DNA of 32,000 nt, taken from positions 22,128 to 54,127 of the forward strand of contig NC_001732.1 in assembly GCF_000091665.1 (NCBI RefSeq), read 5' to 3'. The notes under the pieces were generated by a model that was not told where the DNA came from, searched no databases, and saw nothing but the letters and a program-made list of their open reading frames with translations. Positions 9,404 through 18,014 of this stretch are shown one piece after another (the stretch's first letter is position 1; each line of letters starts with the position of its first letter). The translations under genes were made by a program, and so were the position numbers. Source of the stretch: Methanocaldococcus jannaschii DSM 2661 (GTDB taxonomy: Archaea; AGJL01; Methanococci; Methanococcales; Methanocaldococcaceae).

Positions 9404-12400
9404 TTAGGTAATCCGCAGCAATCCAGGTTTTGGCTCGTATATTACCCCCAACTTTTTCAACTTTTCTAATGCTTTATAGAATACTTCTTCAACAAACTTC
9501 AATTTTTCAACAATTAGTTCATATAATTCCATTTCTAATATTTCCCCTCCATTTTCTTCAATTTTCTTTTCAATAACTTTTTCACACTTTTCAACACTGT
9601 TAGAGTTAATATTTTGTTTTATAATCTCATATAGCGTTTTAAACTCTTTGTTAAGTTCTTTTATTTCAACTACTGCATTTTCCCCCAGTTTTTTTACTCC
9701 TCTAATTACACAATTAAATATTGCTCTTATCAATCTTCTAACTTCATCCAAGGTTAGAGTGAATCCACATTCTTCTTTTATAACCTCTATTAATTCTCTA
9801 ATTTTGAATTTTTGTCTTTCAATGGCAAAATCTCTAACTTTTATTAACACTTTTGCAACTAATGACCTTAACCCTAACTTTCTCCTATCTAATCTCTCAT
9901 CATCTTCTCCTACTACAATATTCCATACTGCTCTTATAATCCTTTGAATCTTACCCCATTTTGATGGAGGGCATAAGAATGTTTTTAGAATTAGCTCTTC
10001 TATAATTCTTGCCAATGTTGAGAGTTTATCCTTATGTTCCTCTAACAATTTCAAATCAATATGGTAAATTTTCTTTGTTTTTCTATCTTCATTTTCATTA
10101 ATTTCTTTAACAATTTTCTTATACTCGTTAATTTCTTCTAAGCATTTTTTAATAGTATTTTCATCTAAGTTCGATTTTTTATCATCATCTTTTCCTTTAT
10201 TCAACATTAGGTTATACACTTCTATAACTTCTGGAATATTATAAACATCTTTTAACACGTTTATACTCCTGTTAATCCTTTTTGAGTGTTTTTTTATTAA
10301 TTGTGGAGTGTATTCATCCCTACAATCTTTAAATTTCTTATAATTATTATATTCCAAGGCATTTTTGATTTCATTCACTCCATATTCTTTAAATGCAATA
10401 ATTATATGTTTTGCACTAACTTTTTCAAGATATTCGAGATAATTATATTTTAAGAACTTATCCAGCTTACTTTCTTTTAACTCTTTTATTGTTTTAATTG
10501 CAAACTCATAGCCAGTAGTTTTTTCTAAATACTCTTTTAGTAATTTATAATCTCTTGTAATATGGGCCTCTAATAGACTATTATAAATGTGTGCTATTTC
10601 ATCTTCATCTAAAACCCAATCCTTCTTTTCCTCATCATAATATATTGCATTTTGAATTTGAGAAATCAACACTTTCTTATAATTTTTATCCAATTCTTTT
10701 AAAACTTCAATATCCGTTTCTAAATACTCTTTTAATAGTTTATAATTTTCCTTAAACATTTCAATCATTGCATTATAATCAATAATCATTGGCTCTTCTT
10801 CTCTTTCTTTAAAAGGTGCTGTGACAATTAACTCTCCCCCACCATTCCTACATCTGGCAATAAACTGTCTAATGGTGGTAGCACTCTTACAATACAATGC
10901 CCATACCAAATCAACATGATTTTTAATATTAACTCCCTCAGAAATGACTCTTGTGGCTAAAATTAACCCCTCTTCTGGTACTTTTTCTTCATTAATAATC
11001 ATTTTACTTGCCTTGTCAATTCCAACAGTCTCTCTTGTTATAACGTAAATTGGCTTGTTAAAACCATACAATTCTAAAGTATATTTTATATTCTCAATCA
11101 TTTTCTTATTATCAACTAAAACTACAGCATTTTTTATCCATCCCTGTCTAAACATTAGTAGGATGTATTCACAAAACTCTCCAATAATATTTTTTGCAAT
11201 ATGGATAGAACATCTTTCAAATAATTTTTTCTCATCTTTAAATTCCACTTCTATAACTGGATAGTTATTCAAATTAATTAACTCTGGAGTTGCAGTTAGT
11301 AAGACACAACCTCCAGCCCTGTCTATACACTTTTTTACCCCTGTTATTGCCCTTTTTCTAAACTCTTTTTGGATTACTAAATCATGTGCTTCATCTATTG
11401 CCAATAGAATATCCTCTTCATTAGCAACTTGAATTTTCTCCCCTTTATAAGTGTCATAACATAAATCATTAAGCATATTTTCAACTTGGTCGTAGGTCCC
11501 AATGGTCAAATAATGAATAGTATTCTTATCCAATTTTTTCCCATCTTCATAATACATTGGAACTACTACTCCATCAGCGTGTAATCCTGCCCCTACTTGT
11601 AAAACTTGTATTTTATATGGGAATGCCACTGCTATAGCATGTTTTTTAAATACCTCTTTAATTTCTCTTGTATTTCTTGTTAGAGTATAAGTTTTCCCCC
11701 TTCCAGTGTCTGCTTTAAGAAATACTGGAACTCCTTGTTCAATAGATAATTGGTATGCTTTTATTATAGCCTCTTTTGGTAAGTATCCTTCTGCTTCTAT
11801 CTTTATTGTTTCTCTATCGAGTAGTTCATTCATTATCTCTCTAACAGTCCTATAAGTGGATGGCTTTGGATTAATATTGTGTAATTTTAAAAATTCTATT
11901 ATTTTATCCCTAAATTCTTTAATCATCCATAATCCTGCTAATGCAATAAATCTCATATTTGGATCGTGGAAATCTACCATTACTGCATTATATCCCTCAT
12001 TAATGTAAATAGAACAGTCAGGATTTTTCCCATCATCAAAGAATAAACTCCATAAGTCTAATCTGGTTCCATTTTTACCATATTTATAATCAATTCCCAA
12101 GTAGGAGAGGAGTTTTTCAATCCATCTTTTACCCAATTTTTTAGTTAATTTATCTTGTATAGTATATAACCATTTGTAAATTCTTTTATTTATATCTTGC
12201 AATATAGTTTTATTAAGATTTGGTTTTTTTATTAATCTATTAATTGTTGTGGTAATGTTGTTTAATCCTCGCTTATTGTATAATTCTTCTCTTTTTTCAT
12301 TGAATAATACTTCAAATTCTTTATAATTTTCAATAATTCCAAACTTCTCATACAATATTATTGGAGTTAACAATTTTTCAATATCTTCTTCATCTGTCAA

Positions 12401-13222
12401 CTGGGCTATTGTAACACATGGTCTTGGACTACCATATTTTTCCTTATAATTGTAAGTTCCTACCAGCCTATCAACTCTTGCCAAATCATACATTGCAATA
12501 TCTGCCCCTAAATCTTCAGCAATCATTCTTAGTAGTATTAATTCTTCTTCTAAAATAGGTCTTTCAGGATATAATATGAATCTTAATCCTCCCCCAGTAA
12601 ATGCCACTTTATGTGGAAGTATATCCTTCTCTACGAATTTTGATAAATATTTAATCAATTTTTCCATAATTTCTTCTTCTGTAGGCATTTTGTTTGTCTT
12701 CCACTCTTCAACGTCAAAATCAAATGCAATATAACTCCAAGCAGTGGCAGCTCCCGCATCCCCTCTTTTTTCCTTTCTTGGGGCAATTCCGACATAAACC
12801 CCATCTAATCTTCTTTTCTTTTGTTTTTTAATATACTCATACTGTTTTTTTATTAATTTTATGATTTCTTCAGTTTTTTCTAAAATATTATCAACGTGTA
12901 AATCTGAAATATCTATGAAAAATTGTTTTTTACCCTTAAATTTTCCTAAAAATCTAATTTCTAAATACTTAAACTGTTTTACTAATTTTTTCAAAATTTT
13001 TTCTAAATGAGTTTCTCCAAGATATACTGAAAATTCTTCTTTATGTTTGACAATCAAAAATAGCAACTGTGCAATGTGTAATTTTAAATCAGATTCTAAA
13101 ATATCATCTGAGATATTGTAAATTCCACTAACATTTATTTGATACTTATCAAAAATAGCTTTTACAGTTTGATCATCCCAATACCGCAAACTTTTTATAC
13201 TATTAGATAGTATATTATTCAT
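9404..13222 (-). CDS. Large replication protein: AEP/RepB-primase-like N-terminal domain fused to SF2 helicase
   Basis: 1272 aa. N-terminal YIAFDFDVEE (DxD), FTGGGLRFILYPE, LARVDRLVGTYNYKEK; helicase motifs FLKADTGRGKTYTLTR, LLAIDEAHD, LLTATPEL, ATRVISEGVNIKNHVD. RBS GGTGA before the ATG. Confidence 0.8.
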   Translation of the reverse strand: MNNILSNSIKSLRYWDDQTVKAIFDKYQINVSGIYNISDDILESDLKLHIAQLLFLIVKHKEEFSVYLGETHLEKILKKLVKQFKYLEIRFLGKFKGKKQFFIDISDLHVDNILEKTEEIIKLIKKQYEYIKKQKKRRLDGVYVGIAPRKEKRGDAGAATAWSYIAFDFDVEEWKTNKMPTEEEIMEKLIKYLSKFVEKDILPHKVAFTGGGLRFILYPERPILEEELILLRMIAEDLGADIAMYDLARVDRLVGTYNYKEKYGSPRPCVTIAQLTDEEDIEKLLTPIILYEKFGIIENYKEFEVLFNEKREELYNKRGLNNITTTINRLIKKPNLNKTILQDINKRIYKWLYTIQDKLTKKLGKRWIEKLLSYLGIDYKYGKNGTRLDLWSLFFDDGKNPDCSIYINEGYNAVMVDFHDPNMRFIALAGLWMIKEFRDKIIEFLKLHNINPKPSTYRTVREIMNELLDRETIKIEAEGYLPKEAIIKAYQLSIEQGVPVFLKADTGRGKTYTLTRNTREIKEVFKKHAIAVAFPYKIQVLQVGAGLHADGVVVPMYYEDGKKLDKNTIHYLTIGTYDQVENMLNDLCYDTYKGEKIQVANEEDILLAIDEAHDLVIQKEFRKRAITGVKKCIDRAGGCVLLTATPELINLNNYPVIEVEFKDEKKLFERCSIHIAKNIIGEFCEYILLMFRQGWIKNAVVLVDNKKMIENIKYTLELYGFNKPIYVITRETVGIDKASKMIINEEKVPEEGLILATRVISEGVNIKNHVDLVWALYCKSATTIRQFIARCRNGGGELIVTAPFKEREEEPMIIDYNAMIEMFKENYKLLKEYLETDIEVLKELDKNYKKVLISQIQNAIYYDEEKKDWVLDEDEIAHIYNSLLEAHITRDYKLLKEYLEKTTGYEFAIKTIKELKESKLDKFLKYNYLEYLEKVSAKHIIIAFKEYGVNEIKNALEYNNYKKFKDCRDEYTPQLIKKHSKRINRSINVLKDVYNIPEVIEVYNLMLNKGKDDDKKSNLDENTIKKCLEEINEYKKIVKEINENEDRKTKKIYHIDLKLLEEHKDKLSTLARIIEELILKTFLCPPSKWGKIQRIIRAVWNIVVGEDDERLDRRKLGLRSLVAKVLIKVRDFAIERQKFKIRELIEVIKEECGFTLTLDEVRRLIRAIFNCVIRGVKKLGENAVVEIKELNKEFKTLYEIIKQNINSNSVEKCEKVIEKKIEENGGEILEMELYELIVEKLKFVEEVFYKALEKLKKLGVIYEPKPGLLRIT

Positions 13223-13264
13223 TGGTCACTCACCTTACTGTGGGTAGTATATATTCATTGGTCA
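13208..13264. repeat. Short direct repeats over the start of the primase-helicase gene
   Basis: TAGTATATTATTCATTGGTCAC and TAGTATATATTCATTGGTCAC, with a third TTGGTCA immediately outside. Confidence 0.7.
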
Positions 13265-13436
13265 CATCTCTTGGTCATACACCTCGACCATGCCTACACT
13301 AAATACTCCCTAATGTTGCAATACCTTAACATATAATGCAATACAATACTGAGCTCTTTTGATACAATCTATGTAATTTAAAGAGTATAAGAAACATTTT
13401 CAGGGGGCGACCATTTCTATATTATTTTTTGAAGTA

Positions 13437-13603
13437 TATAAACTTTTAGTTATTTTTTGAATTTGTATATTTGGATTTATATCATATAACTTTTTCTGAA
13501 AATTTTTCCTGACATATCTATTAGGTAGTTAGTATATATATATTTTTCGGATTTTTGCATGTTTTTACACTTTATCTTCTAATTTTATAACTAAAAGTTT
13601 ATA
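13437..13603. repeat. 17-bp perfect inverted repeat, about 133 bp apart (candidate origin/operator)
   Basis: TATAAACTTTTAGTTAT at 13437-13453 and ATAACTAAAAGTTTATA at 13587-13603. Imperfect extension outward to about 29 bp; a third related AGTATATAAACC in inverse orientation lies just downstream. Confidence 0.75.
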
Positions 13604-13982
13604 TTTTTCAAATAAAAAGGTTTATATACTATGAAATCATAGTATTGCTTGATTACAAAATTATTTTTTTGATAATAATGCCTATTTTTTCTTAATTCGT
13701 TGTGTGGTTGATAAAATTGTTAGCAGCATTTATGTTTTATATTTTAAAAAGAAAAGCATTAAATCTACATTTATTGTTATTATCTTATTTTTTGTGTCTT
13801 TTTTATCTTCTGTAAACTCTTATAAATCTCTTATATAGTATTATAATTATTCTATAAAAATATGTGGATTAAGTTGGGTAAGAAAAATGTGCGAAATAGG
13901 GGCTAAAATAATATTAAAACATTAATGTCTTTTGTCTAGTGTTACATTTTTAGTTACGTCTTTAACCACTTTTATTAGTACA

Positions 13983-14008
13983 GTGAATTGGCGTTGAATT
14001 CAATTTAC
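13983..14008. repeat. Palindrome family, degenerate copy 3
   Basis: GTGAATTGGCGTTGAATTCAATTTAC, aligns over 26 nt to GTGAATTGACTTTGAAGTCAATTCAC with a few differences. Confidence 0.55.
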
Positions 14009-14089
14009 AAAAGAGACATTCTATATATATAATTTACTTATAATTATATTCAAAAATAGTGTTATAATAAACAAATGGATAAAATGGGC

Positions 14090-14293
14090 TTATTTCTTTA
14101 AAGCTAATTTTATATCTTCAACTTTTACTGTTTTTCTCTTTGCGTGCTTAGCTAAATCAACTGCTTCCTTAGCAATTTCTAATGCAATTTCTTCAAATGC
14201 CTCTGCTAAGTATTCTGCTGCAGCCCTACTAACTCTTTCAGCTCCAACTTTTTTCAAGATTCTCTCAAATGGTGCAACTGGAAGCTCAGTCAC
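14090..14293 (-). CDS. Archaeal histone (HMf family)
   Basis: 67 aa [67 protein letters not shown], full histone fold. Confidence 0.97.
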
Positions 14294-14377
14294 AACACTA
14301 CCTCTTTGTATATGTAGAGTGTAGAAGCTCTAATAACCTACAAAGTGGGAGTTCAAATTTGCTAAACTTTAAGCTCC

Positions 14378-14533
14378 CTTAATGGAAACTCGAAACTAAA
14401 ATAAGTAAAACCATAATACAATAATACAATCATTCAATAATATCATAAAATCATAATTTAGTAATGCAATAATCCAATAACTCCACAATAACATAATAAA
14501 ATAACTTTGAGTTTCCACTAAAAGAAATTCAAA
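14378..14533. repeat. AT-rich element bounded by inverted GGAAACTC/GAGTTTCC motifs
   Basis: CCTTAATGGAAACTCGAAA on the left and CTTTGAGTTTCCACTAAAAGAAATTCAAA on the right, about 115 bp apart. The right motif matches 16469-16490 in inverse orientation over 22 nt. Confidence 0.6.
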
Positions 14534-14557
14534 GGTGGGGTTAATAAATTTCTTATA

Positions 14558-14581
14558 TGAATTGACTTCAAAGTCAATTCA
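14558..14581. repeat. Palindrome family, copy 4 (arms perfect)
   Basis: TGAATTGACTT-CA-AAGTCAATTCA. Confidence 0.9.
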
Positions 14582-14770
14582 CAAAAAAGAAATGTCACCC
14601 ATCACATCATAAACACATCCACCGACATACTAATCAAAATTTAATTATTGAATTATTAAATTAAACAATAACATAATAACATAATTATTACATTATGTTA
14701 TTATTTAAAATAACCATAAAACTCCAGATAGTATTATTGGGTCCTCGTAAAAATATAGTCGTTCAATTGA

Positions 14771-14791
14771 ACCATAATATTGCTAATATTG
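14771..14791. repeat. Short hairpin
   Basis: ACCAATATT-GCT-AATATTGGT, perfect 9-bp arms. Confidence 0.6.
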
Positions 14792-14908
14792 GTCATTCTA
14801 CTGAACCAATATATAAATGTTTTTTATCATTAGTTAGGGTTCAAATTGGCAACTTCACCTTATTTATATAGTATTTCATGAAAATGTAGTAATTTTCAAA
14901 CTACTATT

Positions 14909-14932
14909 TGAATTAACTTTAAAATCAGTTAA
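14909..14932. repeat. Palindrome family, degenerate copy 5
   Basis: TGAATTAACTTTAAAATCAGTTAA aligns to TGAATTGACTTTAAAGTCAATTCA. Confidence 0.4.
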
Positions 14933-15020
14933 AAGAAATATTTTATTCTTAATCCTATTGAGGGAACTTTAAAACCACAAAGTTATTTGGTTTGGAATGC
15001 AATAAAAAGAGTACTGTAAA

Positions 15021-15482
15021 TTATTCTTTAATTATCTCAATAAAATCTACTTTTTCAAAGTCAGAATCAAAGGTAGCTAATTTATTTATCCTATAATATT
15101 TACAAGTGGCTATTATGATTGCATCGTTTGTTAAAAGGTTGTATTTTTTACCTATTTCAGGAGCTAATTTTAAAACTTCCCAATTTGTATCTAATATTTT
15201 TAAGTAGTTCATTTTAATCATTTTATCAATTTTTTCTCTAACTTCTTCATATACCCAAGAATATCTATTTAAATTCTTTTTTAAATCATAAACTCCTCTA
15301 ATTCCATCTTCTAATGCTATATGAAATGTCACTTTAAACATTGTTTCAGAAAAGACTATTGGATTTATGCATAACATAAAACCATCATTTATTAGTTTAG
15401 ATAATAATTTATGAGCTTTTTCATCTCCAATAAATAATCCAACCATGACTGAAGAATCAATAAAAACATTAGAAGGACTCAT
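15021..15482 (-). CDS. PIN-domain toxin (VapC-like)
   Basis: FIDSSVMVGLFIGD, INPIVFSETMFK, NLLTNDAIIIATCKYYRINKLATFDSDF: conserved PIN acidic residues. Confidence 0.88.
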   Translation of the reverse strand: MSPSNVFIDSSVMVGLFIGDEKAHKLLSKLINDGFMLCINPIVFSETMFKVTFHIALEDGIRGVYDLKKNLNRYSWVYEEVREKIDKMIKMNYLKILDTNWEVLKLAPEIGKKYNLLTNDAIIIATCKYYRINKLATFDSDFEKVDFIEIIKE

Positions 15483-15675
15483 AATATGCCTCTTTTAATT
15501 TTTTATAATCGATATCTTTACACTTTTTTATTATCATAGATTTTAAAAACTCTTCTACATCATCATTAACAATTTTAATTTTTAATCTCTTTTTACCCTT
15601 TATTTTTAATGGTTTTAATGGTTTTAAAACTCCATCTTCGTAAATAACTTCAATAATTTCTGACATATAAATCAC
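15469..15675 (-). CDS. AF2212/DUF104-like antitoxin partner
   Basis: IIEVIYEDGVLKPLKPLKIKGKKRLKIKIVND; overlaps the toxin start by 14 nt. Confidence 0.85.
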   Translation of the reverse strand: MIYMSEIIEVIYEDGVLKPLKPLKIKGKKRLKIKIVNDDVEEFLKSMIIKKCKDIDYKKLKEAYYESF

Positions 15676-15898
15676 CAGAGGCCTTTATTTTTCTATTTTT
15701 CTAAGGTAATATTTAAACCTTCTTTCGAAGTGTATATTATTGTTTTTTGAGAATTGAGAAAAGTTTAATTTGACAGTTTCTTAAATGATAGACAGAGAGT
15801 ATATGATAATTATATATTTAACTTTTTATTATTTTATACTCTTCGTTTATACTCCCTTATCTTGGTTTCTGAACGTGCAGCATTTTTAGGCTGCCACC

Positions 15899-15922
15899 TG
15901 AATTGACTTTAAAGTCAATGCA
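15899..15922. repeat. Palindrome family, copy 6 (one mismatch)
   Basis: TGAATTGACTT-TA-AAGTCAATGCA, directly after a small GTGCAGC...GCTGCCAC hairpin. Confidence 0.85.
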
Positions 15923-16019
15923 CTCTCTTTCTAACGATGAATATATAACATATAAACAGAGAAATAATACTACTAAAACATCTATATTTAAAGGTGGTGC
16001 TTACATTTTTCTTATTTTT

Positions 16020-16200
16020 CTCCCCCTCCCTCTCGGGCTCTCCCCTCCCCCTCTTTTTAATTTTTCTATTTTAAAATTTAAATTAATATAATTATTAATT
16101 TGACAATTTGACAAGTTTTTTTATTTTTTATTATTGTTTTATTTTGATTGTATTTTTTGTTTTTGTTTGTTTTTATCCTATTTTTTTGCTTGTTTTGTTT
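16020..16200 (+). repeat. Left arm of a long inverted repeat with a 38-bp GC-rich core (16020-16057)
   Basis: CTCCCCCTCCCTCTCGGGCTCTCCCCTCCCCCTCTTTT is the exact reverse complement of 23191-23228. Further homology through ACAAGTTTTT...TTGTTTTATTTTGATTGTATTTTTTGTTT. Confidence 0.9.
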
Positions 16201-16239
16201 TCTTTTGTTTTTTGTTTGATTGTATTTTGCATCGGTATT

Positions 16240-16610
16240 TTGTATTTTCTTTAGTAGGAGTTTGTATTATGTTTTTATTGTATTGTTGGATTATGTTGTC
16301 ATGTTATTATTGTATTATTTAGTTATTGTATTATAATTTGTATTTTGTATTTCCTTAATGGAGAGAGGTTATTTATTTTATTGTTTTATTGTATTATTTT
16401 ATTATGTTATTAATTAATAGTTGTATTCTTTTATTATGCAATTATGTTATTCTTATGGTGTTGTTGTGTTTGAATTTCTTTTAGTGGAAATTTGAATTAT
16501 GTTATTGTTGTATTATGTTATTGCAGTGTTATTTAATTGTTGTATTATTTTACTTTGTAATTATGTTGTTCTCGTGAGTTTGTTTTTTTAGGTTTTAATA
16601 GAGTGTGTTC
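16240..16610 (+). repeat. Degenerate AT-rich tandem units of about 104-126 bp
   Basis: Recurring TTTAGTAGGAG (about 16250), CCTTAATGGAG (16353), TTTGAATTTCTTTTAGTGGAAA (16469), TTTTAATAGAG (about 16593), separated by GTATTATGTTATTGTTGT-rich DNA. Confidence 0.55.
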
Positions 16611-16697
16611 AAAAATAGGTTGTAAGATATGGTTAGAATAGTCTTTGCTAAATTAAAAATAATTAGGTGGTAGAAAGATGAGGGTTTATTTTTCTGA

Positions 16698-18014
16698 TTA
16701 GTCTAAGGTAGTTTGCCAACTTTTTATAGCTCCAATTTCTTCTTTACATGATTCTTTAAATTTTCTTGCCATTCTTTTATCTTTAATCACTTTAATTCTC
16801 CATTTTCTTGATACTTTCTTAAGATATCCTTTTAAATTTCTATTACTAAATAACTTTAATGTTTCTTCAATTCGTTTACTGACTATGTTTTTATAATCCT
16901 TATAGAAATAATCAATTATGGAGATACTTGTGCTTCTGTATAATGCATCCATTATAGTCCCTACAGTAAACTCTTTTTCAACAAGTGAGTCCATATTTAT
17001 AGAAATATTGAGAGCATCAATTAACTTAAGAACATTTGCATTTAGAGGTTTATTTTCTGGTAATATTACAATATCTTTATCTACTCTTAATAATTTATTT
17101 TCTTTGTCTATTATACATTTCTTCTTACAAAGTTTTTGTATAATGTTTTCAATTTCTTTAAAATCATCTTCTTTTAAACTTTCTAATGAGTATTCACCTT
17201 TTGGGAGAATAATCTTTTTACTAAATACCATCCCCACTTCTGGCTCATCGTGTCCAGATAATGCCATAGATACGAGTTCTCTAAGTATAAGAATTTTAAA
17301 TAAACTTCCCTCTTTGTCATTCTCAGCATCGCAAATCAGTAAATCATAGGAAGGTTTCTCTTTTTCTCCCCAAGTTATTGGAAATATTTTATTTAGCTTT
17401 TGATTTTCATAATTACCACGTTCGAGTGAAATTTCTCCAGGTGAAACTTTTAAAATTTGAATGTCTTCTGTATCTTTTAAAACAGGATGTGTAGTTAAGT
17501 CATCAAATGACATGTAACTTACATCAGACTTATATAATCTAGGATTTTTTGTGACAGAAATGTATCCTTTGTTTATAATAACATGTAGATTCTCTTTTAA
17601 TTTCAGATATTTTTCTAATTGCTCTTTTTTGATACTTTTAGATTTGCATTCAAAAATAAGAACATGTGTATCATTATCATTAACAAGTATAACATCTGGA
17701 GTTATTTCTGCAGGATTGCCATTTTTAGTATAATATATTCCATCAAGAACGATTCTTACACCAAGAGTACTACCTTTTTTGGGTCGATATCCCAAGTCAT
17801 ATAGATGATGGGGAAAATATTTTATAGGATAAACAAGATTTAATATTATGTTGATTAGTTTAGTATGTTGAGATTGATAATCTTCAAGATTTTCTGAAAT
17901 TAAAGCGGTTATATATTCAATAATATCTTTATATGAAGGTTCTGTTGAGGTTTTCTTCTTTCCATATTTCTCGAAATAAAAATCTAAAGTTCTGTTATCT
18001 AATTCTTTCCCCAT
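16698..18014 (-). CDS. Hypothetical protein with PD-(D/E)XK nuclease-like motif
   Basis: 438 aa; ITPDVILVNDNDTHVLIFECKSKSIKKEQLEKYLKLK (PD...ECK). Overlaps the upstream 408-aa gene by 20 nt. Confidence 0.6.
   Translation of the reverse strand: MGKELDNRTLDFYFEKYGKKKTSTEPSYKDIIEYITALISENLEDYQSQHTKLINIILNLVYPIKYFPHHLYDLGYRPKKGSTLGVRIVLDGIYYTKNGNPAEITPDVILVNDNDTHVLIFECKSKSIKKEQLEKYLKLKENLHVIINKGYISVTKNPRLYKSDVSYMSFDDLTTHPVLKDTEDIQILKVSPGEISLERGNYENQKLNKIFPITWGEKEKPSYDLLICDAENDKEGSLFKILILRELVSMALSGHDEPEVGMVFSKKIILPKGEYSLESLKEDDFKEIENIIQKLCKKKCIIDKENKLLRVDKDIVILPENKPLNANVLKLIDALNISINMDSLVEKEFTVGTIMDALYRSTSISIIDYFYKDYKNIVSKRIEETLKLFSNRNLKGYLKKVSRKWRIKVIKDKRMARKFKESCKEEIGAIKSWQTTLD

Noticed and set aside
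9648-11264. Plus-strand ORFs at 9648 and 11055
   Set aside because: Antisense to the well-supported primase-helicase gene.
15903-16322. Plus-strand ORFs of 62 aa at 15903 and 16134
   Set aside because: Low-complexity Phe/Leu/Cys-rich translations of T-rich DNA and the inverted-repeat arm.
16240-16610. CRISPR array
   Set aside because: Unit spacing (about 104-126 bp) is irregular, motifs are degenerate, the filler is itself low-complexity repeat, and no cas genes are present.
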